Both the position numbers and the translations under genes were made by a program. A stretch of DNA of 63,978 nucleotides, the filler included, from Intoshia linei (taxonomy: Eukaryota; Animalia; Orthonectida), in NCBI GenBank assembly GCA_001642005.1. It is 6 parts of 6 records of this genome, joined end to end, with 100 filler letters (N's around TTAATTAATTAA, not from the genome) between each part and the next. Parts side by side here need not be neighbours in the genome. Positions count along the whole stretch, not along the records: positions 36,875 to 41,258 come from LWCA01001941.1; positions 41,359 to 56,686 come from LWCA01000915.1; 4 more parts are not named here. The stretch is one strand, 5' to 3'. Within the stretch, counting starts at the first letter, position 1, and the number at the start of each line of letters is the position of its first letter. This document shows, in pieces, positions 38,116 through 51,568 of the stretch. The notes under the pieces were generated by a model. That model did no database searches, was not told the origin of the DNA, and saw nothing but the letters and a program-made list of their open reading frames with translations.

Positions 38116-38728
38116 CTTATTACATTTGACACAATTAACTCCGAAATTATCATTGTGACACTCTTCACAAACGGACCCGTGTCTTTCATTATTAACAAAT
38201 GGTTTGTCTGCGATAGGTTTTTTGCAAATTTTACACAAGAAACAAGATTCATGATATTTTTTGTCATTGTATTCATACTTACTTGAATCTACACGGTGAA
38301 TAAAAATGTATGAATTAGTAAAAACTTTTTTTGAAAGGTTCTTTGCACTCGTCGCATTTAGGTGCAAATTCTTTTTCGTAGCAATCTTCACAGTAAACAT
38401 TTTCTTCGTGCATAACAAATCGTTTATTGACAAGACTGTCTTCACATTTGAAGCATTTAAAACAATTACCGTGCCAGTGTAAATTGTTTGACGTAATGTT
38501 CTAAAAAATATAACATTGACCCGGAAAATTTTATTTTACCTTGTCGTCGACTAAAATTGTAGTTTTACACAAGTGACAACAGTCGGAAAAAAGTTGCTCA
38601 AAACATTTAATGTGATATGGGAATTCGTTTTTCATCACATATCGATGACCCATTAGAGTTTTTTCACAGTGCTTGCAATGTGTTTTCTCCGTACTGTTGC
38701 TTTCATTTATTTTTGTTTCGGAACTCAT
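38116..38728 (-). CDS. Four-and-a-half LIM domain protein (FHL2/Limpet-like), partial
   Basis: Exons 38728-38540, 38500-38326 and 38288-38116 give a half LIM (CKHC..GHRY..PYHIKC) and LIM domains (CHLC..HWHGNCFKCFKC..YCEDC; CDEC..YHESCFLCKIC..CEEC). Remaining exons not found. Confidence 0.85.
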
Positions 38729-38885
38729 CTCAATTAAAAGTGGATATTTAAATTTTATATTTACTTTTAACAAAATGTAATACAATATGCAACTTGAAAT
38801 ACGATATAATACCTTTCAGCCAAATTTAAAAGTAAACAGTATATAAATATTTATTCTACTATACTCATGTTTATTATATACTAAA

Positions 38886-40634
38886 CTAAATTTGTCTGTT
38901 ATTCATACATTTATTAAAGTTTATCATCTCAGTTTTACATTTTCTCCAATCTTTATGGTCCATATAACAATCCTAAAATAAAAATTTTTAATATTATTAT
39001 TTACATATTATTTATTATTGTTAATATTATTTTTATTAAAAAGTAAATTAAAAATGTTTGGCTATCAGTTTTATAGTGTATTATTTTTTTCGTGCAGTCC
39101 ATATAAACTATATTTATTTATTATTTTTATTTAGATAATTACCTATATATGGCAAATTTTATTTATTTTATTGACTCATTAGGAGACCAATACTTAAGTC
39201 AACATTTAAACGTTATAAACAGGGTAATAATCCCAACAAGCTATATCGTGTTATTGTTTCGCAAATCGGGCCTCATTTGTCCAAATTGATCATTAAAAAA
39301 TGTAAACTGTCAAGTCCACAATGTGGACTCCTCAGCCGTGGAGATGATTGGGAGCATTACTCATTGTTTGCGAAATAGTTTTTATGGACTTATTTTTGAT
39401 TTTCAACTATATACGATTATATAAAATTAATTAGTAGAATAGTAGGAAGAACACTTAGACCTGTAAGAGGAAAAAAGATACATATAAGGTTATAACATAA
39501 AAAAGGTATACACATGTATTATATTCTATTAATTTGTCTACGAAATTCAACATTAACCTTTAGTTCAGAGGTGGGTAAAGTGCATCCGCATGCGGCCTTC
39601 TGATCAATTTGAATTATTTTATTTATTATAATATTTTTACATCAAAATTTTTGGTAAAATGGGATTTTTCAGAAAAATATTGGTAAAAGCTGCTTTGTTC
39701 CTTAATGGTTGTTTAAATGAAATTTTTTCTTTTGGGATGAGATAGAGGGATTTCTTTATTTAAGGGTTGGTAAAATTTTATCATTGCCCCCAATCATCTA
39801 AAATTTTCGTATTCACCCCTTGGGGTGACCAGTCACCTCATGAGAAGCACTGCGTTATTTGATTAAATTTTATTTAAAAAAGTGCGGCCTTATTAAATTT
39901 TTTGGGGACGTTAGTGCGGCCTTAGAACAGTCTCTGATTTAGATTAACAAAATTGTTCAGGGGTGAACAATCTTTCCACCAGTTCAGCCGCAAAGCTACT
40001 TTACTCATTGATACTACGGTCGCACAAAATTTACTCTGACATTGAGAAAGTGGTCAAAGTCAAAAATGTAATGTAAATAAATTTAAATTTCCCTTGAATA
40101 AAATCTGATTTAAACTTTTTCAATTTAACGTAATTGGCTTATTTCATTGCAAAATAAAGTAACCACTGGATTTATTTGAAATTATTTCAAAAAAGTGGCC
40201 ATTGTGCATATGTTTACAAAACAACTTTTTGATTAAAATATTTTAAATTTCCCTTGAATAAAGTTTGATTTAAACTTTTCAATTTGAAGTAAAATAATAT
40301 ATTTTCGTTGTCTCCCTCGGTTAACGCGATTTATAATTCCCGAATATCAACCGCTTTAAATTAACGCAGAAATCGAGGAAAGTTTGATTCCATTATGATC
40401 ACATTGATCTTCACGGTTGCATGGGGCCATACGGCCGCAGGTTGTGCATCCCTGGTCTAACCTATTAAACCCGAATATAGATTCCAAATTTAACAAAAAA
40501 GTGTAATTAAAAATAATAAACAGTATAAATAAACTTGCAAAGACAAATGAAATTTAGCACATCCAGATGAATTTATCATTGTGTCAACATAGCATTCTTC
40601 ATCATCATCTTCGTCCGTGGTAATTTTTTTAACA
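38886..40634 (-). CDS. COA4: Cytochrome c oxidase assembly factor 4 (twin CX9C); first exon not located
   Basis: Exons 40634-40535 and 38972-38886 give DEDDDEECYVDTMINSSGCAKFHLSLQ|DCYMDHKDWRKCKTEMINFNKCMNNRQI*, with two CX9C motifs and DWRKC. Confidence 0.88.
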
Positions 40635-40665
40635 CTAAAATATGTATGAAAAAAGCACTTACAGT

Positions 40666-40960
40666 TAGACCTGTTCATGGTTTGGTTTAAACCATTTATC
40701 TTTAATAAATTTATTTTCATTTTATTCGAATATATACTTTTGATATAACTCACTTGTGATGTCTAACTGGCAGAGTGGTTATAGTCATATAATTGTATTC
40801 TGCGTGCCTAGGTTCGAATCGAGATTTGGACATCTTTTAAGATGAACTTACAAAATAAATATAAATGGTTAAACCAGCAGTAAACCGAATAAATGCTTTG
40901 GTTTGGTTTATTCTTAAATGGTTTATGGTTCTGAGCCAAACCAAACCATGAACAGGTCTA
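40666..40960. mobile_element. hAT MITE carrying a tRNA-like insert
   Basis: Perfect 23-bp TIR TAGACCTGTTCATGGTTTGGTTT / AAACCAAACCATGAACAGGTCTA; TSD CTTACAGT / CTTACAGC. Confidence 0.88.
40761..40832 (+). pseudogene. tRNA-like sequence (tRNA pseudogene or SINE head)
   Basis: A-box TGGCAGAGTGG and B-box GGTTCGAATC at tRNA spacing; ends GTCTAA / TTGGAC can pair; followed by TTTT. The anticodon and T stems pair poorly. Confidence 0.55.
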
Positions 40961-42679
40961 CTTACAGCAGTGGTGGGCAAACTACGGCCTGCGAGCTACT
41001 ATTGTGTGACCCGCGAGATCATGCTTCATACTTATGTTTGCATTCAAATTTTGAAATTGATTATTTACATTGTATAATTTTACATGTTACAATTATCTAA
41101 ATTTTAGATAATTATCTTTGCGCATTAGATACAATTTTCCTATCCTTGTCTTTTTTAAATAAAATAATTGTATATTTTTTATTAGATTAAACTAAATGCA
41201 ATGCTATAAAAATTAAATTTTTTGGTTGGTTTTATCAATAGTTGAACAAAAAAATTATNNNNNNNNNNNNNNNNNNNNNNNNNNNNNNNNNNNNNNNNNN
41301 NNTTAATTAATTAANNNNNNNNNNNNNNNNNNNNNNNNNNNNNNNNNNNNNNNNNNNNTAGGCTAAAAACTACTAAAAAAATAAAATAATATTGAATTTA
41401 CGCGTTCGTTAAATAAAATATTCGTTAAACAAAACATTCGTTAAATGAGATTTTGACTGTAATAGTTTTTATTGTATTATATATCAGTGGTGGCATCAAA
41501 ATCAAAATTGGTATCAATTATGATATATTTTCTGGAGTTTTTTAGTAAATCATTTTTGAATCAACATTCCTTGTGTTTCAAACTTTTAAAAAATTCAGGA
41601 AATTTTGATAATTTTGCAAATTATCAAGTTGTAAAGTTGTATAATAAATATATTTTTAAATTTAGATAATAATTATTTTAATATATTAAATTCGATTTAA
41701 ATATTTTAGAGATTTTTGTAATTTTGTAAAATTTTTTAATCCAAATTGGCAATTGGATGAAATGTCAGGTTTACTCAAGCCAATCATATTTAACTGTGAG
41801 GTCCACTTTTATCATTTTTTTGGGTAATTATTTTTAATTTTTAATATAAATTGGCGTATGTTTTTTTAAGTGTGTTAAAAATCGCTTAAATGTGCCTTAC
41901 ACCAGGTGTACATCATAAATGATTAACCTATATAAATAAGTAATATAATGAATCCATTTTCTCCCAATTTGATCCCACTTTAGTCACCATTTACATTGTA
42001 CATTATGTTATTATTATTATAGTTATATGTATATTACCGCTGATATTATTAACATTATTTATTGATTCTATCTAAATTAATTAAATTTTTTAGTTGTATA
42101 TATTAGAATATTACATACTAGGAAAGACTCAAATACCCTCTCATAAAATATATAAAACAATTAAATATGTGACATGCTTTTTTTACACTTGGCAAATGAT
42201 TGGATATAGTTTATTAAGTTTTGTACTTTTTACTTTAGAATCTAGCCATGCGGTAATTTAATTTTTTTTATTGTTAANATTATATTATTTATATATAAAT
42301 ATATTATTATTATATTAATTAATTAATTTTTTTTATTGTTAATGGGAATTATAATATGTAATATATAATATTTAGGTGTATTACCAATTTGGATACTTTT
42401 TCCATGTATTTTTAATATCCATTAACGGGATCTTTGTTCTTTTTAATTTACAAAATGAAAAAAGACACAAGAAGAAAAATTAACTGTAATCAATAAACTT
42501 TTATTTTTCGCTTACATTATATTTTTATAATTTGAATCTTTAAAATCAGTTTATCCAGATCTACCATCTTCAATTCATTTATAGAAAAAATTTGGAAAGT
42601 AATAAAAAATAAAAAAATGACCACTTTTTCCACTAAAATTAAAATTAAATTATTTTTATGGTTACATTATTAATTAAAC

Positions 42680-43138
42680 CAGGGCTTGCCAACCTTTTTT
42701 GATGTGATCGACTTTAATAATTAAAATTTTCAATGTATGGCAATTGACTAGAAAAATGTTTCTGATTGAAAACTATGTTAAAAATTAAAATTCTGAATAA
42801 TTTGAAGCACTTTCGCTGTATATTTGAAAATTATCGGCAAAACATAGTATAAGAAATAGTGGACTAATCCAAATGTTATACATGCTAAATGTAATTTAAT
42901 GTAGCAAGTATATCATTTAATAATATTGCTAGAGATGGGGTTCCAGTACTAATCTACACATAATGAACTATTTTTGAACAATATATAAATACAATTAAAT
43001 TTTATAAATATAAAAATAAATTGTTTTGAAATAAAGATCATTTTAATGAATATTATTAAAATAAAAAATTAATTCTAATTTTTTAATTTTGGCGATTGAT
43101 TAGAAAATCATCTGCGATCGACAGGTTGGGCATCCCTG
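42680..43138. mobile_element. hAT (Charlie-like) MITE
   Basis: TIRs CAGGGCTTGCCAACCT / AGGTTGGGCATCCCTG; perfect 8-bp TSD AATTAAAC. Confidence 0.85.
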
Positions 43139-44227
43139 AATTAAACTAATTACTTTATATTTAAAACATTATAAAATGGACGGAATATTTGCCGATAAAT
43201 TAATCTAAAAATATTATTTATTACGAGACCCTGAAAGTATATTAAAAATAATATACTTTCTTATAGGAGCCATTCTCTGTCATAAATTTAAATTATATGC
43301 TACTATATTTCTTTTTACGTATTTACTTTATATGTATTTTAAAATACATCATAACTACGCCATTATTGACTAAAAAAGTAATAACAGTACATGGTAATGT
43401 TCAGAAAATTAAACTCTATTGAATGTGTATAAAAATAATACGATTAGAATTTAAAAACATGTGTTACTTATTAAAATATATAATTATTTGTGTTAATTAG
43501 AATTATATAATTATACTTATGTTAATTTATCAAAACATAGATGTAAGCACCGTTTTGTGGTTATAATTTACAATGTATTGATACCATAAATGTATAACGT
43601 AAATACTAAGTTCTATTTACTAGTTTTAATTACAAAAATAGATTTTTTTGAATTTCAGAAATATCTGTTAACTACGTTTTTATCTCACTATTCAATCTAT
43701 TTCAAAACATCAATGAATTAAATATATACAAGAATCATCAAAAAACTAATGTTCAAATTTTGTTGTATTTAAATTTATATAAAAATAAAAATCGGCATTA
43801 AAGTGATAGAATATTAACGCTTATATCAGGGCAATGCCCCTTTACATGTATCGCATCATAAAAAAATTTCGTCCATAATTGGGACTCCCAATTAATGCAT
43901 TTATCTAAAATAATACATTCAAAAACTAAGATACGTTCTTATAAAAATACTCATTTATCGATGACGGCGTTAAGTCAATAAACTGAAAGGGTGTTTCCAA
44001 AGGAGGGTTATCAAAAAATGGATAAAAAATATACCATGTTTCCACGGTATTCATTACTTTATAATAACATGTTAAAGATTTTATATGACTATTATTTCGA
44101 TGAAATAGTGTCCGTACATGTCTAATTTTGCTACCGCTGTACTATAAGATACTATATTCACCATAAATGTGTATATTAAAACATTTATTCGTAACAATTA
44201 TTTACATTGTGATAAAATATATATATT

Positions 44228-47200
44228 TTAAACCAATTCATCATAAAACTTTTGTAATAGACTAGATTTTTTAGGTGAAAGTGACGAATTTCCAAGACTA
44301 CTAGGTTGATTTGAAAACAGTGCTTGAGAATTTATGACTTTATCTTTAGTGAGGAGGTTCTGACAACGTTCTAATTGAACTTTATCTAAAATGTATAATG
44401 AAATTGTAAATAATAAAAATTGTACTTTTTTTAACGGCATCTTCCTGCAAATCACTACCGCCTTGGCCGCTGTCATCAGTATACACTTGTGAATTTTCAT
44501 CCAAATTCTAAATGTACGAGATAATTCGATATTAATACAAGTTAATCCCATTTAACCGTTACAATTCATCTTAAAAAATATTAGTATACTTGGTTATGCA
44601 AATGTATAATGTGTAATACATATACACATTGTGTATTAATCCCAAGTGAATTGGCCGAATCACTCGAGATTGAATTAACATAGTCATGATTGTTTTATTA
44701 ATATTTAAAATTAAATTGCAATTTAAACACAATGTGCTATTAGCACAGGGCATAACGAATATATGTTAAATAGTGTTAATATTAATTGTATTTAATATTA
44801 ATCCAAATATAGCCCAAGGCTAAACATTTTATAAAACAAATTTACCTTATTATGGAAATTCTTAGAACCAGTAGAACGTTTTCCATTTTTCTGATCTGTG
44901 TACTTCAATTTTGAAGTATTCAAGAATGAATAATCGTCAATCTTTGGGAAATTATAATTTACATTTTCATAGTTAGAACAAGGTATTTGCATTTGCTTAA
45001 ATTTAATTAAACTCGAAAATGGTTCCTTTGTGCTCATAAATACGTCATTTTTTGAATTGTGAACATGATTATTTTTTAAAACGTTGACATTTTTATTCTT
45101 GTCAAATAGAAAAGGGCACGTTTTGTATACACACATTATAATCAAAAACACCACAATTACACTTAAAGTTACAACAGTAACAACAACTATTGTGATCAGA
45201 TCGGGGCGTTCCATAAAAGATACATAATCAAATGTCATTTCTTTTACGCCTGGAATTAATTTGTTCATAATATTATTAGATTTTTCAATATACGCCCAAT
45301 TTTGGGTGATTGGAGGCATATATTTATCAAAAGAAATTCCGATCCATGTAACTGAAGATTTTCGAAGTTTTAAATATTTGCAATTGTCACTTGCAATAAT
45401 GGAAATTATATAAAATTGATTCTCGTCTTTTTGGTCTACCAATTTTTTCAAAAAAATGGTTCCAGAATAGAGACTAACTGTTATATATTGGTTTGTCGCA
45501 TTTTGGTTTAGTCGTATAAATTCTTGTTGTTTATTTGATATTTGAGTGTCATTTGTAAAAGTTTGATTTTGAGCAATTCTTAAATATACATATCCAATTT
45601 CAAAAGTTAATTTAGAATTTTCATCTCGATCTCTATCAGTAGCCAATATTCTACTAATTTTTGCCCCCGCTACAGATTTTGAAGGAAATTTTATTATAGT
45701 GCAATTTACAGATTTTTTCAAACGGTATTTTGAATTTAAAATATTTTTGTCAAAAATTTCTCCATTTACATTTGGTGGGTAATGAAAAATTGGTGCATTG
45801 TCGTTGATGTCTATGACATAAACAGTGACTCCGACTGTATCACAACAACAATTATTATCTCTTTGAATTTTTTCATGTCGCTCTTTTAATTTACAAACGA
45901 CTACTTTAAAATGGTGCATTTCTGTTTTTTCTCGGTCTAGGGGTATCTTTGCAATCACAAAACCTCTGTTTGGGTCAATTTTAAAGTATCTCTTGATATT
46001 GCGTTCTTTTTTCTCGAATCCATAATAAAATAAGGTATTCTTTTTTAACGTATCAGCGTCAAATGCTTCCAATTGACCCACTATTGAACCAGAAGCAGTA
46101 TTTTCTTCAATTTCAAATCGAAAACTTCTTTTTAAAAACATTGGTTTGTTATCATCAATATCCAACACATTTAATGTATACGCATTTTCTATACACGTGC
46201 CCAGTTCTTCATTTTCAAAATACATATTTTCATTTTTTATATCTAAAACAATATAATTACAATAATATTACTTTACAAATATGACCAAGTTGGGTACACC
46301 TGGTCTATACAAATTTTTTATACATAAATATAAGTATAGTATTAACATAAATTCAAATATTTTCTTTAAGAAAAAGAAGGTGATTAAGGTAATTATATAA
46401 AAATTGGCTCAATGTAACTCTTAGAAAGTAAACGCTTTATTAATATCAGTAGTTTAATTCAAATTTAAGTAACAATATGGTCTACCAGTCATATTTATAG
46501 CAAAACAAAATATGACTTTGAAAAAATATGATTAAGAATAAAAAAATTTTTTAAAGATACTTTTTTTAGCGTACAGACTATAATTTTAATTAATTTTAAA
46601 ATATACTGATTTACTGGTTTTTTTCTGAGCGTTTTTATAGATTTCAATATCACAATTTTTTGTTTTTTTTCAAAAATCATTTGTTTACAGCAGTTTTTTC
46701 CAAACTTTATAAAATAACCTGTCAATTTTTTTGGGTCAAGATATTTATTTACTCGAGATAATTATATGTTTATGCTACAAACCCGTCCATATGTTTTGAG
46801 CACCTTATAAAATCATTAATTATTTTATTAATAAGTGTTTTTGATTTATTTATTTTATATTTCAGGGAATATAAATATGATCGGAAGTTATTAATTAAAT
46901 GTGAAGACCTTTGGATAATTATTAATATAAAAATGATGATATTATTAAATTGTAATAATTTTAGTCGTTCATATGTTTTGAGCACCCGTGATTAATTTTA
47001 TAATTAAACGTCATAATTAAATAAATTTAATTTAAAAGTGTTAAATTATGTCAGTACTTGGTATTTGTGTCATTTAATGAAAATACGTCATCTAATCTTC
47101 TCGGAATAAACTCATAAAGTTTTTTGATATAATCGTTAGGTATTTTATAAAATTCTTCCTTTGTTAATCTCCATAGTGACTTCAAATTTTGAGGACCTCA

Positions 47201-50200
47201 TTGACGCAGCTTTTCTTCAACTCACTCCAAAGATTTTCGATTATATTCAAATCTAGACTCTGTGGTGTCCAATTTGGTAGCATATTTAGATGCTGACTTT
47301 GTATCCATTGGCTCGTAAATCGTGATGTATGAGACGAAGCACCATCTTGTTGTAGAATATATATTGTCTCATGCATTTCCCACAGCGTTTTAGAATATTA
47401 CAATATTCATGCGAATTAACGCGATTAAAGCATCGAACAAGAAATTTCTTTCCGTTCTGCATAATCGCACCCCAGACCATAATACTTGGAGACAATTTGA
47501 CAGTGGCGTTGACATGTGACAATCTATATCTAGTATTTTTTTGCCGTCTTATATACTTCCTGGCTCTAGAGTTTAGATTTATCTTGGTTTCCTCGCTATA
47601 AACGCAAAAATCCCAATCATGATCAGACCAGTTTAGACGGTTTTGGCACCACTTCAATCTCTTTCTCTTGTTCAAAGTTTTCAGATAATGCTTTTTCAAT
47701 GCAATGCGTCCAAATAAACCACTACGCCTTAGAGACCGTTTAACAGTACCGAGACTAACTTTTGAGCCTGATAGTATCGAATTTTGCAGCTCATTAGCAG
47801 TCAAGAAAGGGTTTGATTTTGCTTTAATTTGTAATAAACAATCCTCCCTGACTGACATTTTTATTGGTCTTCCTTTTTTAGGTCGATTAATTAGATGTAG
47901 ACTTTTTTGATGCTTTTCAATTATTTCTTGAACTGTGCGCCTGGAGACGGAAAGCTCTCTAGCAATTTTTAGTTGGGTATACCCTCTATTGAGATAAGTG
48001 ACCAAAAATTCGCGCTTCTGAATATTTATTTGATGCATCTATTATATATCTATATCTAATAGTTGAAATTTCATAGAAGAATAATATTAATTACCTATAT
48101 TGCAACAAATAAGTTTTTAAAAGTAATGAAAGTGAAAGTGCTCAAAATATTTGAAAGAGTAAATATTGTTATTTATAAATAAATCAGTTTTTATTAAATT
48201 TAATGTATCGTCGCAACCAAACTATTTTTTAACAAATGGAATTTGTGTTATTAAGTACGTTAGCCACTTAAAAAATTATAAAATTGAAAATTTATACAAA
48301 TTGCGGCGATTTTACTAAGTGCTCAAAACATATGGTCGATTCTGTATACATTAGGGGTATAAACGAATTTTTATATCAAAAGTGCACCCTTCCACCATAT
48401 GAACATTTTGAAAATATTCAATTTGCACCCAATCTTACCTCTCAACTGTTAAAAAAACCCTGGAACATCGCCTCTAAATTTTTGAACAATATATCGCTCA
48501 CAGTAACTAATATATGACAATTTTCTTAAAAATATTATTTTAAATATAAATTTTTTTATACAAATAGCTATAAAGACGCGCAAAATTATAGTCTAGCGAA
48601 TCATGAACGCCGAATTAATAAAAAAACCGATTCCAATAAGAAAACTGAATAAATAAAAAAAATATAAATTGAAAATTAATTGTTATGGAAATAATTATTA
48701 CTATAAAATTTACTATACAAAATAAATTAAATTTTGCTCATTATTCATATTTTGAAGTGCTTTGCTTTGCTTTGAATGTAAAATGTTCATAATTCCAATA
48801 CATTCATGAAATTTCTCCGGTCAAACTGGTGGGGCCTAGCCCCACAGTTAGGAAACACTGTTTTACATAATTTTAGTGATGTAGTGAATTTCGCGAAATG
48901 GGGAAAGCGAAACTGTATAAACAACATATAATATGGTCGATTTTTATTAGAAAATTTTTCATACCTTGTTTTTCAAATTCTAATCTAACATACCATAAAA
49001 TAGACCCCTACAAATTTCCACAAACGATGCATAGTGTTATATAACTCATAGCAACCTGAGTTATGTCTGAGGCTCTTGACTTGATATTTTAAATTTTAAA
49101 TAGTTGTGATATTCACAGTCAAGAATATAATTTTTTAAATGCTCAATTTAACACATACAAACATGTATAAAACAGTAAATTCAAAAATAATAGGGTTATG
49201 TGTTGGTAAATGAGTAAATCTTTAACAACATTGGTTGTCTGATTAATTATCTTGATATCATGTCAACATAAACATTAATCAAGTGAAAACCTTTAAATGA
49301 AATACAAACGTTACGATTATAAATATTTCATATAGATTAATACAACTATAAAAGTGTTGAATTAAATTAGCCATAAAATAAAAAGGTAATAAAAATAACA
49401 CAACTAATTTGAAATTTATCAAATTATTTTTTTGGAACGTTATTAAAGATAATTTATGACTTTCAATAAAATAAAATATAAAAATATAAAAAATTACCAG
49501 AAATCATAGAATTTTGACAAACTCGAATGGAAAAGTAGACGCGTTTGGTAAGTTCATAATCAAAAATAATTTTGTTTTGAATAATTCCAGAAAATTTATC
49601 AATTTGTAAAATTTGAGAGACATTTTTAGACATGAGATAAATTAATCGTGAATTTTCGAGAGACACGTCATTATCAATAGCCAACTGTGCCTTATTAATA
49701 TGAGTGCCTACGGGGGAATTTTCTTGAATAAAAAACGCTACATTTTCGAGTAAAAATTGAGGTAAGTTATCATTCCTATCAAAAATTTGAATAAAAATAA
49801 TTTTTCTAGTGTATTGAATTTCATTTTGTCCATTATCGTGGCATTCTAGATATAAAGATAATCTATCAATTTTTTCTCTATCGATAATATCCAGAGTTGT
49901 CATAATTTTATATTTCGACAAAGCCATTTTTTCAATTACTACAAATTTGTTTTGTACTTTGGTTTTATCCTTGTAAATTGAATTAATTTTGATTATAGAA
50001 CATGATATTTTTCCATTAATTTCTACAGTATCCAAATCGCTTGTACTGATAATAGCCAAAACTGTCGATTTTGTGTTTTCATCTAAGCCCAATACAACAT
50101 ATTCTTGTTGATTAAAATTCTGCAAATCGCCCCATTCTTCAAGTGTCGGTTCAAACGTCAAATCGTATGAAACATTCAACTCTGTTTTTAGTGTTTTTGA

Positions 50201-51568
50201 ATTTGAATTTGAATTGTTAATGTAATATTGATTAAACACTTTTGTTAAAGGTTTTATATTAATTATTGGAGAGTTGTCATTTTCATCACGAACAGTAATT
50301 ATTATGGTGCATTCTCCAAATATCTTTTGAACGTCTTTTTCAATTTTATTGTGTGCTTCAGCTATCAGGACATAATCTGAGGATAATTCGTAATCTAGGG
50401 ATTTGACACCATCTACCAAGCTGATTAAGCCAGTATATGGGTCAATTTGGAACAATTTTAATAGATTTTGGCCCATCGGTTGTTTGGAATAATGAGCAAA
50501 TTGATATATAATGAGTTTATTTAGTTTGGTTATATCCTTGTCTATTGCAGTCACCCGAAATGTGGGTTTGTCTCTCCTTTCATTCACATAAAACCGGTAC
50601 AATTGTCGAGTAAAAATTGGAGCATTGTCATTTTCATCTTGGATTGAAATTTGAATGTAGTGTTTACTTGTTAATGACGGACTTCCACCATCATAAGCCT
50701 CAATAGTAAAATTGAAATAATCAATTTGTTCACCGTCCACTTTCTGTAATATTCGCAGTTGAGGTATTAATTTATTGGCTTCGTGGTTCATACGCACATT
50801 TTCATCAGAATTTAAAGTTTCAAGTCGAAACGTTGATTCTATTAAGCTATTTTTAAAATTTGTGAGCCATTTACCAAAAGATGCAGTGCAGTTGATATTT
50901 GACTCGTTTTGAAAAGATTTTTCGTGAGATTCTTTCAGTGAAATTTCAAAAGATTCTACTAGAACGACTAAACTTTCGTTCAGTAAAAGCCGATATCCTT
51001 CAACTTGGTAACGTTTAGAATCAATATCTATTGCTGGAGGCAGGGAAATGAGGGAGTTTTCTTTAGTTAATTCAGATAAGTCCATATGGGTATTGTTTGC
51101 GTTTTTTTGGGTATTGTAGGTATTTGAATTAAAAATGAAACTGGAATAATTGTTGACACTTTTATCTTGTAGAATGAACATTGGTCGATTATCATTTTCG
51201 TCCATAATATAAAGTTGCAAAGAGATGATATTAATATCTCTATTTAATTTGCTCAATATTTCAATGTCCAATATACAATTATTAGAGTCAGAACCTTGAT
51301 TAAATGATTTGGTGAGGGTTGGACAAATTTGTTCACGATCTATATTAGCAATTGTATACAATTTACCAGATTTAGAATCAATTTTGACATAATTGCTCTT
51401 TTGCATCAACGAAAATTGGTCAAATTGGAATAAATTTTCTTTGAGATTTGCAATCAGTGTATTAGGAGGAACATTTTCAGAAATTTTAAATTGTAAGGAA
51501 CATAATACCTGGGAAATGGTAAAATAAAAGATGAGAAAATTCGTCAGTATATATTTCAAAATATTCAT
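44228..51568 (-). CDS. Protocadherin (7 cadherin repeats, TM helix, cytoplasmic tail); 3' exons approximate
   Basis: Exons 51568-49498 and 46242-44846 join in phase 1. Signal peptide, DREQIC in EC1, six DxNDNxP-type linkers, TM LITIVVVTVVTLSVIVVFLIIMCV. Small downstream exons include DDSGQGGSD. Confidence 0.9.
46778..48344 (-). mobile_element. Full-length Tc1-like element with IR/DR ends and a frameshifted DD35E transposase, in the protocadherin intron
   Basis: TA-flanked TIRs CAAACCCGTCCATATGTTTTGAGCAC / GTGCTCAAAACATATGGTCGATTCTG; inner repeats near 46968 and 48138. ORFs 48038-47286 and 47376-47182 carry HTH, GRP, YSEETK, VWGAI, QQDGASSH and DLNIIENLW. Confidence 0.93.

Noticed and set aside
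41590-41716. About 120-bp direct repeat shared with 52310-52443
   Set aside because: Best explained as fragments of a dispersed repeat; no termini or function can be supported.
46495-46985. Short K/I/N-rich ORFs here and at 1105, 7688, 41472, 48284, 53556 and 56025
   Set aside because: Chance frames in AT-rich intronic or TE DNA, mostly with non-ATG starts.
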